Positions 11,391-22,682 of a stretch of 64,000 nucleotides of DNA are shown in pieces (position 1 is the first letter of the stretch; each line of letters opens with the position of its first letter). The stretch lies in contig NC_043009.1 in the NCBI RefSeq assembly GCF_006345805.1, positions 62,682,001-62,746,000 of the forward strand, in the 5' to 3' direction. This stretch comes from Octopus sinensis. Its lineage: Eukaryota. Made by a program: the position numbers and the translations under genes. The notes beneath the pieces were generated by a model. The model was given only the letters and a program-made list of their open reading frames with translations, had not been told where the DNA came from and did no database searches.

Positions 11391-13577
11391 TACAGGTAGA
11401 GAGAGAGAAGATTACAATTTATTGATTGAACATGATTGACATAAACACTTTCCCTCTCCTCAGACGCATAAAGCAAAATATACTCACACACATAAAAAAA
11501 TGACACTGGTTCTTGTGGTCCTTGCAGAACTCAAATTCCAATTGATCCACAGACACTTTATACCGTTGTTGCTCTGTAAGGCAGTGAGTGGACAGAGTTG
11601 TAAGTGTGCTGGGCAAAATGCTTAACAGCATTTCATCTCTCTTTATGTTCTGAAAGATTTGCTTTTTTGATTGAGTTGACTTAGCTACATATTATCATCA
11701 TCATTTAACGTCCGCTTTCCATGCTAGCATGGGTTGGACGGTTTTGACTGAGGGCTGGCGAACCAGATGGCTGTACCAGGCTCCAATCTTGATCTGGCAG
11801 AGTTTCTACAGCTGGATGCCCTTCCTAATGCTAACCACTTCGAGAATGTAGTGGGTGCTTTTTACGTGCCACCAGCACGGGGGTCAGTCAGGAGGTACTG
11901 GCAACAACCTTGCAAAGGTGTACACTACAATGTTTTAAACTTTTTCATAAATAAAAGCTCTTTGATGTATCTTGTGCCCTTTTAAAGCCTAGCCAGGCTC
12001 ATGGGCCCGGTTTCCATGGCATATGTGTTCCCAAGCTAGACGGGACACCAGTCCATTGCAACGTTACTCATTTTTGCCAGCTGAGTGGACTGGAGCAACA
12101 TGAAATGATGTGTTTTGCTCAAGAACACAATGTGTCGCCTGGTCCAGGAATTGAAACCACAATCTTATGATCATGAATGCTGACACCCTAACCACTAAGC
12201 CATGTGCTTCCACTCTTTGATGTATATTCTAAGTTATTTCTAATTGCATGTTGTACTCCTAATCTTTATAAAGCTGTTACAGTTCTCTCACACTTACTGG
12301 TTATTGCTGATATCAAGCAGATTACTGATGTCTTTCCTCAAAACCAAGCTTATATTCCAAAAACAAAACAAAAAAGAAAAAATCAAGACCAGATACAACT
12401 TCTTTCCCTTGATACAATCACTTCTTTGTACTTTGTTGCTTCAAATGTCAGCTTCCAGCCATTGATAGGCCCATGCTCTTATCCTGGCAAGGTCTCAGCT
12501 GTTCAGACTGACTACTACAAGATCATTCATGCCTGGTTATTATATCTGTGCAAATATCACGGATCCATCAGAGTGTAGTTCCATTTGTATTGAGGAGAGA
12601 GAGAGAGAGAGATGAGGAGGGAGGGATAGAGGGGAAGGAAGACAGGCAGAGAGAAAGGAGAGGGAGTGAGAAGCCATATTTGTTTTGTTTCTGATTATCT
12701 TAGAAAAGAAACTAGATGAGGTGGTTACTACCTCTGTTGTAAATAAGATTATGAAAGGAAAAGATCAAAGATCAAGGTGTTAGGTGAACTGTTACTGTCT
12801 GTATTTTGTATAGGTTGAGGAAGGGGTTCAAACTGAGCGTCTTTATAGCTAAATTGATAGGCTGTCAGTCTAACAGATGAGGAGAAGTCAAGGGATGATA
12901 TCTTCTAATGGGAAAATTCTCATCTTTGGATGTATGATGGTAGGGAAAAGGACATTCCTTGGAATAATCCAATCAATATATAAACTGGTGAGCACAGACA
13001 CCATTATACACAAAAGCTAAGGTTCAAAACTAAGCCCATCATAATGTTAACTGGGCATCATCATCATCATCATCATCATCACTTAATGTCTAGATTGGAT
13101 GGTTTGACAGGAACTGGCAATGCCAGGAGTCACACCAGGTTCTGTGTTGTTTCTAAAGCTGGATGCCCTTCCTAATGCCAACCACTTTACAGAGTATACT
13201 GGGTGACACCATCATTATCACCAGTGCTTTTTACATGGTACCAACACCAGAGCTTTTCCTGTGGCACCGGCACCAGTGCTGGGGACTCTTGTCAGCGATC
13301 AACCAAAGTTTTCCTCTTGGTGCTCTTGCTATTATAGATTTCAGTCCCTTCCACCGTGACATTAGAGCTTCCCAATGTAGGCAACAAAAAACTACCACCA
13401 AGAGCTTTGTTGAGTCAGATGTTGCAACTCTGGGCCAGATGTTTCTCTCATCCTCAAAGCTTGTTGTTGTTGTACCACTTATCCTCACTTTTGACCCAGA
13501 TGTTAATGGCTTGCCTTCTCAGTGGCTTCCAACAATTTTCTGGCAACATCTTTTGTCTAACTTCTTTTTCAAACGAA

Positions 13578-13900
13578 GGCACATGGCTTAGTGGTTTTAG
13601 GTATACAGCTCATGATTGTAAGGTCATGAGTTCAATTCCTGGTAATGCTTTGTGTCCTTGAGCAAGACACTCTATTTCTCATTGATCCAGTCCACCCAGC
13701 TGACAAAAACAAGTTGTACCTGTATTTTAAAGGGCCAACCTTGTTATATTCTGTGTCATGCTGAATCTCCCTAAGAACTTTATTAAGGGTACACATGTCT
13801 GTAGAGTGCTCACCCATGGTTGCATGTTAATTTCATGAGCAGGCTGTTCCATTGATCGGATCAACTGGAACCCTTGTCACCATAACTGACAGAGTCTCAG
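13578..13900 (+). mobile_element. tRNA-derived SINE family D
   Basis: Head GGCACATGGCTTAGTGGTT...GAGTTCAATTCCTGG, then CCTTGAGCAAGACAC and GTCCACCCAGCTG. A diverged inverted copy lies at 11985-12213. Confidence 0.65.
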
Positions 13901-14195
13901 TATTTTCAAGCTGCTGATAACCATTCCTTGCTCCACTCTTTTCTTCTCTTTGCCAAGTTTGTCTTTTAGCATTTACAGTTCTAACCAATTTGTTATTTCA
14001 CTACCTTATCCCCCACCTCATAGCTGGTACCTTGCTCAATCTGCAAATCCGATCTATGGCTTGCAGCAGGTTGTCTCTCAGCAAGGCCCAGTTATACAGC
14101 AAATCATAGTTCTGTCTCTTTTTACATCTCATTATATACAGTACTTTTCATCCAGTCTTTTGGCTTCCATCTTTCTTTTTCCAGTTTATCCTCTG

Positions 14196-14228
<33 letters not shown>

Positions 14229-14793
14229 AGGTATGTCTATGAAGAAAAGCAATCAGTGTAAGTTCAGAAGCATTAGCATGTTTCAACATCATTTATTATT
14301 TTAGTCATATTACTTTAGTCATATAATTTATCAGAAGTCACAGTGCAATGATATGATTCATGTATCTCATAAGTGATATGAATCAGACCATTCCTGATTG
14401 CCCACATAATTATCAAAGGTTTCATTCATGAACCAGCAGATCTATGATCAAGTGATCAAAGGCATTCCAGCCATGACCAATCCTCTTTTTTTTTTTTAAG
14501 TATTGTGTAGCTAGGATTATATTATTAGATGTGTTATAAAATGTATCCTTTTAAAAAAGAAAACAGTATGACTCATAAAAGTTTTTCTGACATTTCTAGC
14601 AGGTCAAGCATCCACAGAAGTTCCTTTACTGGATTGTGTATCTAGTGTATGTATGTGTTTGACTGAGTGTATGCATACTTGTGTGTATGTGTGTGCGTGA
14701 GAGAGAGAGAGACAGAGAGAGGGAGAGACAGAGAGAGAGTATACTTAGTGTTTAATATTGAGAATAACAAATGGCTAATATATTTTTATTTAT

Positions 14794-15015
14794 GGAGATG
14801 TACTTGCATAGCGAGTGACTTGATCTGAGATCGTGCACTAGAACGAAAACAATTGCAGCGTGGAAGGTATTTATAAGCCATTTAAGAAACACACAAAAAC
14901 CGTTAGATGCACTTCAACATTTAAATTTAATTTGTCAAAATATTTTTATTTTGACAAATTAAATTGGTTTTTGTGTGTTTCTTAAATGGCTTATAAACAC
15001 CTTCCACGCTGCAAT
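14794..15015. repeat. Unclassified interspersed repeat fragment folded back on itself
   Basis: 14794-14942 matches the reverse complement of ~52030-52200. It is followed by an inverted copy of itself (14947-15015) lacking 22 bp. Confidence 0.85.
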
Positions 15016-16068
15016 ATATTTCTAGTTGTTGGTTAATCCCAGGACAGTCTTATGATCAAAAATATCCTTGTCTCACCTTTTTCTTTTCCAAGATATAGCA
15101 TACATATAAAGGCTACCATTATTCTGTCTTATTCCTTTGAGAAGAGAAAAGCCTATGACTTAAAGAAAGAAAATTTGACTGTTATTTACAGCAAGTCAAA
15201 TTACCATCGAAAAATCTCTCTTGTACATTATTCTCACTTTTGAAACCATTTGTTTTTGTTTTGTTGTAAGTACATTAATAAAATTAATGAGTCAAAACAA
15301 ACAACTTTTCCACAGTATTAAGTCACTTAAATTCACTGCCAATCTGGAGCTCAACGTATATGTAACTAAAATGTAATTCAATGGTAGCCTTGATGCTGCA
15401 AAATAAAACATTTACATGGTTATAGAGAAAATATTGGCAGACATCATCCAAAAAATAATAAACTGGGATAAACATGTTTACACAGCCATCATTATATTGT
15501 ATTACATTGAAAATTGCTATGTTGCATTATATGTTATTATGTATTATATTGTATGTTGTGTTTTTGCTACTATTTTTGTTATTGTCCATTTTTTTATTAT
15601 TTTATTATTTACTTAAATCAATAATTCCCATTTTTTTCATGATACCACTGTATTTTATATAGCATGGTGTATTATCTTTTGTATGATACATTTATGTTTT
15701 GTATAACGGATCTTCTGTTGAATATGTTTACATGTGGCTGCTTATGTAATTGAATGTGTGTGTGTGTGTTTGTTTGTAAATGTAGGTCTGTATATATAAA
15801 TCCGTGTGTGTGTATATTTATATATAAATCAAATGCAATTAATTTTATAGCTTTTTATAAACCCACCCCACCACTATTGGTCTTCCACCAGTGATGCAAG
15901 TTTCATTGATATTCTGAAATTCTACTCACTTCTCAGTAGCTAAGATATATTAAAAGATAAATATGGATTTCTTAAAATAGATCCAGACTCATGTGTGTTT
16001 CACAAAAGAGAGAAAAAAAAAATCTCAACAACAAAATGATGAGCAGAGGATGATGATGATGGTGGTGT

Positions 16069-16102
<34 letters not shown>

Positions 16103-16929
16103 ATAATATGGTTTGGCATCAGTTTTAAATGTTTACTATGAGAACAAGTGCTGGTTTTACCTTCATCTTGACCTTGTTAGATTCTATTGATTTTTTTTTT
16201 TTTGGCCATTTCTTATGCCCTGCACTCTGATTAACTAAATAAAATGATTTGATAGGATAATTGAGGGCAAAAGAATAATACAGGAAGAATGCTACAATAG
16301 TTTAGCCATTAGCTGTGCTGGTGGCTCGTAAAAAGCACCCATTACACTCATGGAGTGGTTGCTGTTAGGAAGGGCATCCAGCTGTAGAAACACTGCCAGA
16401 TCAGACTGGAGCCTGGTGCAGCCTTCTGGCTTCCTGACCCCGGTCGAACCGTCCAACCCATGCTAGCATGGAAAATGGATGTTAAACGATGATGATGATG
16501 ATGATGATGATTAGCATTTAAACCAGCCATATCCATCCCAAATCCACCTGTTTTATGTTCAAACCAGCCAAATCAGGTCTCTCACACCTACCCTACAATG
16601 TTGCTCTCAAGATAAACTATCACATGATCAAAATCTTGAATTAATGAGATAATGCATGATTAATTCAGGATCAAAGAGTGGCAAATTGGCAGAGGCATTA
16701 CAATGTAATATCAAATACCTTGTGGTATTCATTCCAGTCCTCCCTTCTTCAAGTTTAAATTCTGATGAGATTAATTTTGCCTTTTATCCTTTTTTGGGGA
16801 TTGGTAAAGAAAAGTATGAGTCCAGTAGTGGAGGGTGGGTGGATTGATGGAATTGCTGGTCTTTTGTATAATCTGATCTTCTGGTCTTTTGTATAATCTT
16901 ACCTCACAGTCAACTGACATCTTTGACTG

Positions 16930-17290
16930 AACACACAAGGTATCATAATCCTCCTAGAGGGTTGCAGTGCAAGGATCTCTCCTGCTGCTCTCACATTCTC
17001 AAAACAGTAAGGGTTGCATCACAAGGACTGACCTTTATCTTCAGGATCAGAAAATACTCCAACTCAAAGCAGTTGTTGATTCTTTCCATAATAAACCAAC
17101 GACTTTAGTATCACCCACTAATGCATTCTAGTCACTAGCCTCAGACTTTCTCCATTTTCACCACTATTACAGTAACTTCTTGGAGCTGGCTACTTTATCC
17201 ATGCTAATTCCACCCAGGACCACCAAGCTCATTCATTTCTTTCACCCTCATCACCTATAGTTTTCACACATTATCCCAAAATCAAATTCG
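16930..17290 (+). mobile_element. Degenerate CR1/Jockey-like LINE 3' fragment
   Basis: Fragmentary similarity to the LINE C-terminus (RVASQGL.FI, YSNSKQLLILS, HPLMHSS). Multiple stops. Confidence 0.45.
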
Positions 17291-18726
17291 ATGACTGGCA
17301 TCCGTGCTAGTTGGGTGCCAAGAGCACCACCCGAGCATGATTGTTGCCAGAGCGACTAACTGTCTTCTGTGCCAGTGGCACATAAAAGGCACCATTCGAG
17401 TGTGATCGTTACCAGCATTGCCTTACTGGCACTTGTGCCCGTACTAGTAGGGTGCCAAGAGCACCATCCAAGCATGTTCGTTGCCAGAGTGGCTAACTGT
17501 CTTCTGTGCCAGTGGCACGTAAAAGGAACCATTCGAGCATGATCATTACCAGCGTTGTTTTACTGGCACCTGTACTGGTGGCACGTGTAAAAAGATTTGA
17601 GCGAGGTCATTACCAGTACTGCCTGACTGGCTCCTGTGCCAGTAGCATGTAAAAAGCACCCATTACACTCTTGGAGTGGTTGGCATTAGGAAGGGCATCC
17701 AGCTGTAGAAACTCTGCCAGATCAAGATTGGAGCCTGGTGCAGCCATCTGGTTCACCGGACCTCAGTCAAAATCGTCCAACCCATGCTAGCAAGGAAAGC
17801 AGATGTTAAACGATGATGATGAGGATGATGATGATCTCTGCATCAACCACGAAGTTCATTTCTTACTTTCCGGAGTTGACATTCTGGAGAACATTTGTCC
17901 ACTGGATTCCTCTCATTGTCCATGTTTTACCTGCTGTCATCAATTTGCAGTTACTTAAAAACATCAACCACAATAGTTTCAGAAGGACCTGTAAAGGTCA
18001 CGGGCACTGACACCTTTCTGCAGATAACATTAAAAAAAGTCTAAAAATACATTCATATTTAAAAATCTCAGCAGAACCGATGTTGCTTTTTAACCTTTTG
18101 AAATTAATGAATTGGTAACCAGTGGAATGCTGTGTTCGTTTAACTGACAACACCTCTTCCCATAAAACGTGTAAGTCTTGTAATATGTTAGAAGTCATTC
18201 TAAGAAGGATGGAGGTTGTTGGAGATAGAACAATACCGAATAACTGTGCATGTTGTACTTCGAGTAGTGATGATTGCAGTAACTGCAATGATGACGGTGG
18301 CTGCAATGACGATGGCAGCAGCCATAGTGGTGATGACAGCTGTAGTAGTAGTAGTATTAGTGATAGTAGGATTGTAGTAGTAGTGGCACTGCAGTAGAGG
18401 TGATTGTGATAGTTTTTAGCAGTAATGACAAAGGTGATGATGATGATGATGATGATGGTGGGAGAATTTTAGTAAGATATCTATCATCTTTTACTTGTTT
18501 CAGTCATTGGACAACGGCCATGCTGGGGCACCACCTTAAAGAGTTTTTAATTGAATGAATCAACTCCAGTATTTTTTTTCTTTTAATGCTTGATACTTAT
18601 TCTATCAGTCTCTTTGGGTGAACCGCTAGGTTACAAGGATGTAACACTTCAACACTGATTGTCAAGTGGTGATTGGGGACCAACACAAAGATACAAGCAC
18701 ACGCACACACACATATACATACATAA

Positions 18727-21625
18727 AAAGACTACAGCAACTCAGGGAAACTAAGCCAGAACAACCTGCCATCCTCTACACACCATCATAAACTGCGAGC
18801 AGGGTACAAATTGTTGTCCTTAAATGCTCGCAGTTTATGCAACAAAATACATTTGTTCAACGCCTACGTCAGAAGTGTTGACCCTGACTTCATCACTGTC
18901 ACGGAAACATGGGCGCATTCCTTACTCTGTGATGGGGTTTTCAACATTACGGGGTACAACCTCTTCCGTAAGGACCTCACTAACCGCCGTGGTGGTGGTG
19001 TGATGGTCTACATTCGTTCAAATTTTTTGGTAATTCCTTGTGCCGATTTGAACGAATCACAAGAAGAAGTTTTTTTCTGTGACGTGCGTATGACCATGTC
19101 AACACTCCTGCTTGGCGTTGTTTATCGTCCCCCAAGTTACCATCGGGACACACAGCTTTGCAATGTCCTCCGAGCTGCTGCCAGGAAAACAGCCACTTAT
19201 GTGTTTATTGCAGGCGATTTCAATCATCCTGAGATCGATTGGGAGACCTTCCATTGGCCACAGAGTGCAAACGATTTTGTTGAGCTTGTGCTGGACTCAA
19301 ACTGGTCACAAGTAGTCACCTCTCCAACAAGAGGCGACAACACCTTGGACCTGCTCTTCACCACAACTCCTGAAGCGGTTATCAATTGCACTACGGAGGA
19401 ACCTCTAGGTGACTCTGATCATGCTATGATCATCGCCAATCTGGCTCTTGCGGGCAACAAAAACCTGAACCATCTCCAATCTGCTTCCTTCGATTGGAAG
19501 AGAGCAGATTGGAACCTGTACCACACTGAACTACAGCACCCAAACTGGCGTGAATTCTACAACTCTGGAGATGTGAATACTATACTCCAGAGTATCCTGG
19601 ACTCAATATGGGCAGCATGTGCAGCATCAGTGCCACGTAAACAAAAAAAGAAGAACCGCCCCAAAAGGGCAATTTGGGAAACTTCAGCGGTCCGACTTGC
19701 CAGGAGGGAACGTCGGACTGCTGAACGGGAATACAGGTTGCATAAATCAGACACCAACAGGAAGAAGCGGAATAAATCCTCCAACCATCTCAAGCAAGTG
19801 ACAAAAAAAGCAGTGCTTGAATTTGAACAGTGCATAGCAGCCAATCCTGACAGCAAGGTTTTCTGGAAATATGTGCACTCAAAGCAGAGACCTCACTCTC
19901 CAGTGGGCCCTCTTCGCAACCCTCACACAAACCAGATCACTGACGACCCCAAGGAATGCGCAGAACTCATTGCCGAGTGCTATGCAAACATATTCACTGT
20001 TGAAAGTCAAAATGTACCATCTTCACCATCACTAACAGCAAACTCCATAACAACTATGGAATTTACACCTGCAATGCTGCGACGTCACCTTCAAAATAAG
20101 CGCAACTATGCCTCCCCTGGTCTCGATGGAGTTACATACCTGCTTCTCAAACGTGGCAGGCACTTCCTTTTACACCAGCTTTCTATTTTCTTCCAGTACT
20201 GTCTCAACAATGGTGCTACTCCGGAGCAGTGGAAAACTGCCAGTGTCATTCCTCTGTTCAAAAAGGGCGACCGCACATCACCTGTCAACTATCGCCCAGT
20301 CAGTCTCACTAGCTGTATTGCAAAACTGATGGAATCGTGTGTCAGAGAAACACTCTGGAACTTCTGGAGCTCTCACAGTCTCATCCGACCCTCACAATAT
20401 GGATTTGTCCCTAACTCCAGCTGCAGTGACCAGCTTGTCGAGTTCCTTGAGGACATTACTCAGATTACTGACAGTGGCTCATGGGTGGATGTTGTCTACC
20501 TTGACTTTGCTAAGGCTTTCAACTCTGTGCCACACAAAAGGCTTATGGTGAAACTCTCTGCAATGGGTGTGGGGGATGACCTTTTTAACTGGTTGAAATC
20601 CTTCATCCTCAGCCGAAAGGAGGTAGTCACAGTTCTAGGACAGCACTCTACACCATATGAGATGTCATCGGGTGTACCACAGGGATCTGTCCTTGGTCCC
20701 CTCTTGTTTGTGGCATACATTAACGACATAGATGCCAATTTAAAGAATGCCACAGTATTGAAATATGCAGACGACATCAAGCTGTACCTTGAAATCAAGA
20801 GGACAGATCCTGATGTCTACAACTCTTTCCTGCAATCAGACCTAGACACAATGCAGCAATGGATCACAGACTGGCAACTGAAACTGGCTGTGGACAAGTG
20901 TACCACCTTGCATTTTGGGAGAAAAAACCCTGCGTTCACTTACTCCCTCCACAACACTGATATCAAGAAATCCTCTTGCGAGCGTGACCTAGGCATCACT
21001 GTCAGCAGTGATTTGCGTTGGTCAAAGCACATCTCTAAGATTGTCAGGAAGGCCGAGGGTGTCTTGGCATCACTCAGCAGGTCTTTTGTTAGCCGCTCTC
21101 CAGCCATCTATTTAAAACTGTATACAGCTATGGTACGACCACACTTGGAATTCGCATCATCAGTTTGGAACCCCTATCTTGCACAGAACATTGACCTCCT
21201 GGAATCTGTCCAGAGACGTGCAACCAAACGCATACCCTCCATCAGACACCTACCATATTCTGAGCGCCTTGTTTCCCTGGGCATGGATTCACTGAAGCTC
21301 CGGCGTTTGGCCACGGACTTGGTAAACACCCACAAAGTTATCAACCACCTCACCAACAACAACACTGAACACCTTTTTGATCTCCATGTGTCTAACACAC
21401 GTGGACATGCCTACAAAGTCAGAAAACAATACAGCTCCCATGACTTTCGGAAACATTTTTTCACGCTCAAAGTTGCTGAAGCATGGAATAAACTGCCTGC
21501 GTCAGTTGTTGACTGCCATGACACTGCATCTTTTAAGGCCCTCATGCTTTCCGAAATCCGCCGAAACTACACCTGATTATATATACACTTTAGATGAGTT
21601 GTAGTGCACCTGAGCACTGTACACA

Positions 21626-21656
<31 letters not shown>
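18727..21656 (+). mobile_element. CR1-clade LINE, 5'-truncated just upstream of ORF2, with intact ORF2, ~50-bp 3' UTR and (ATT)n tail
   Basis: The open frame runs from 18727 (after TAA at 18724-18726) to TGA at 21574-21576, followed by a short 3' UTR and (ATT)~10. Both flanks (18490-18726 and 21657-21810) are the two halves of one SINE copy. Confidence 0.93.
18811..21576 (+). CDS. LINE ORF2: APE-type endonuclease plus reverse transcriptase (921 aa in the track, TTG start)
   Basis: EN motifs: LNARSL, TETW, VYRPP, AGDFNHP, TLDL, SDH. RT motifs: PGLDG, NYRPVSL, QYGF, YLDFAKAFNSVPH, SGVPQGSVLGPLLF, YADDIKL. CR1-type C-terminus RGHAYK...RKHFF...WNKLP. No internal stop or frameshift. Confidence 0.95.
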   Translation: MLSLNARSLCNKIHLFNAYVRSVDPDFITVTETWAHSLLCDGVFNITGYNLFRKDLTNRRGGGVMVYIRSNFLVIPCADLNESQEEVFFCDVRMTMSTLLLGVVYRPPSYHRDTQLCNVLRAAARKTATYVFIAGDFNHPEIDWETFHWPQSANDFVELVLDSNWSQVVTSPTRGDNTLDLLFTTTPEAVINCTTEEPLGDSDHAMIIANLALAGNKNLNHLQSASFDWKRADWNLYHTELQHPNWREFYNSGDVNTILQSILDSIWAACAASVPRKQKKKNRPKRAIWETSAVRLARRERRTAEREYRLHKSDTNRKKRNKSSNHLKQVTKKAVLEFEQCIAANPDSKVFWKYVHSKQRPHSPVGPLRNPHTNQITDDPKECAELIAECYANIFTVESQNVPSSPSLTANSITTMEFTPAMLRRHLQNKRNYASPGLDGVTYLLLKRGRHFLLHQLSIFFQYCLNNGATPEQWKTASVIPLFKKGDRTSPVNYRPVSLTSCIAKLMESCVRETLWNFWSSHSLIRPSQYGFVPNSSCSDQLVEFLEDITQITDSGSWVDVVYLDFAKAFNSVPHKRLMVKLSAMGVGDDLFNWLKSFILSRKEVVTVLGQHSTPYEMSSGVPQGSVLGPLLFVAYINDIDANLKNATVLKYADDIKLYLEIKRTDPDVYNSFLQSDLDTMQQWITDWQLKLAVDKCTTLHFGRKNPAFTYSLHNTDIKKSSCERDLGITVSSDLRWSKHISKIVRKAEGVLASLSRSFVSRSPAIYLKLYTAMVRPHLEFASSVWNPYLAQNIDLLESVQRRATKRIPSIRHLPYSERLVSLGMDSLKLRRLATDLVNTHKVINHLTNNNTEHLFDLHVSNTRGHAYKVRKQYSSHDFRKHFFTLKVAEAWNKLPASVVDCHDTASFKALMLSEIRRNYT

Positions 21657-21662
<6 letters not shown>

Positions 21663-22310
21663 CACACATATATACATACATATATACATACATACAATGG
21701 ACTTCTTTTAGTTTCCGTCTACGAAATTCACTCACAAAGATTTGGTCAGCTTGAAGCTATGTTAGAGGACACTTGCCCAAGGTGCCACACAGTGGGACTG
21801 AACCCAGATATCATCAATTACTAAGGTTAACTCTTTTACCTAATTACTCTTCACTCACCACCCATCCATCTCCTCATCCATCCACCTAAATATATATTTA
21901 CATGTATCTTGATAATTAAAATTGTAGCAGTAAACAGTTGACAATCTTTGTAAACATAACTTCTAAACAGAATACTGTAACCGAAGATTGTCAATTTCAC
22001 TTTATCACTGGACCTTATTACAGTACGAGTGAGTTTCATACAAGCGACCAACAAGCACAGTCTCCGCAACTACAAAGCTATCATTTAATTTTTTTCTTAA
22101 TGTTAAAAGTATTCTTTTCAACTGTCTACAAATACAACCAGGCTGAAATAATTAATACATTCTTCCAGGAGTGAATAAAAAAAATTCTCAAACTTGAGGG
22201 GATGGGCCCCTTAGATACTAACATAGGTCCCCATATATGGATGCTAATGGCGCAGGGGCCTTCTTGCCATTGGGCAAGCTGGCGACCTGGCGACCTGGCC
22301 AGTCCGCCAC

Positions 22311-22314
<4 letters not shown>

Positions 22315-22371
<57 letters not shown>

Positions 22372-22481
22372 TATATATATATCATCATCATCATCATCAT
22401 CGTTCAAGCGGATGTTAAATGATGATGATGATGATGATGAGATATATATATATATATATTATATGTATATGCGTATATGTT

Positions 22482-22512
<31 letters not shown>

Positions 22513-22513
22513 G

Positions 22514-22560
<47 letters not shown>

Positions 22561-22682
22561 GTATATATATGTATATATATAATGTATATATATATGTATA
22601 TATATGTATATAATATATATATGTATGTTTATATATATATATGTATATGTATGCGTATATATATATATATATATATATATCA
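22315..22682. repeat. Compound (TA)n/(ATC)n/(GAT)n/(TATG)n microsatellite
   Basis: Read directly. Other long tracts: (TG)(TA)n 4985-5065, (TA)n 5202-5260, 11111-11150, 33427-33517 and 54285-54330, (AAT)n 28743-28806, (GAT)n 16053-16103. Confidence 0.95.

Noticed and set aside
18097-18201. Minus-strand exon candidate MTSNILQDLHVLWEEVLSVKRTQHSTGYQFINFK
   Set aside because: It has a good acceptor but a weak donor, no phase-compatible neighbour and no recognisable homology. The same applies to candidates near 12.8, 15.1-15.4, 22.9, 32.8, 35.3 and 39.5-40.0 kb.
19112-21604. Short alternative-frame and antisense ORFs inside the LINE
   Set aside because: They are by-products of a GC-richer coding sequence and have no motifs.
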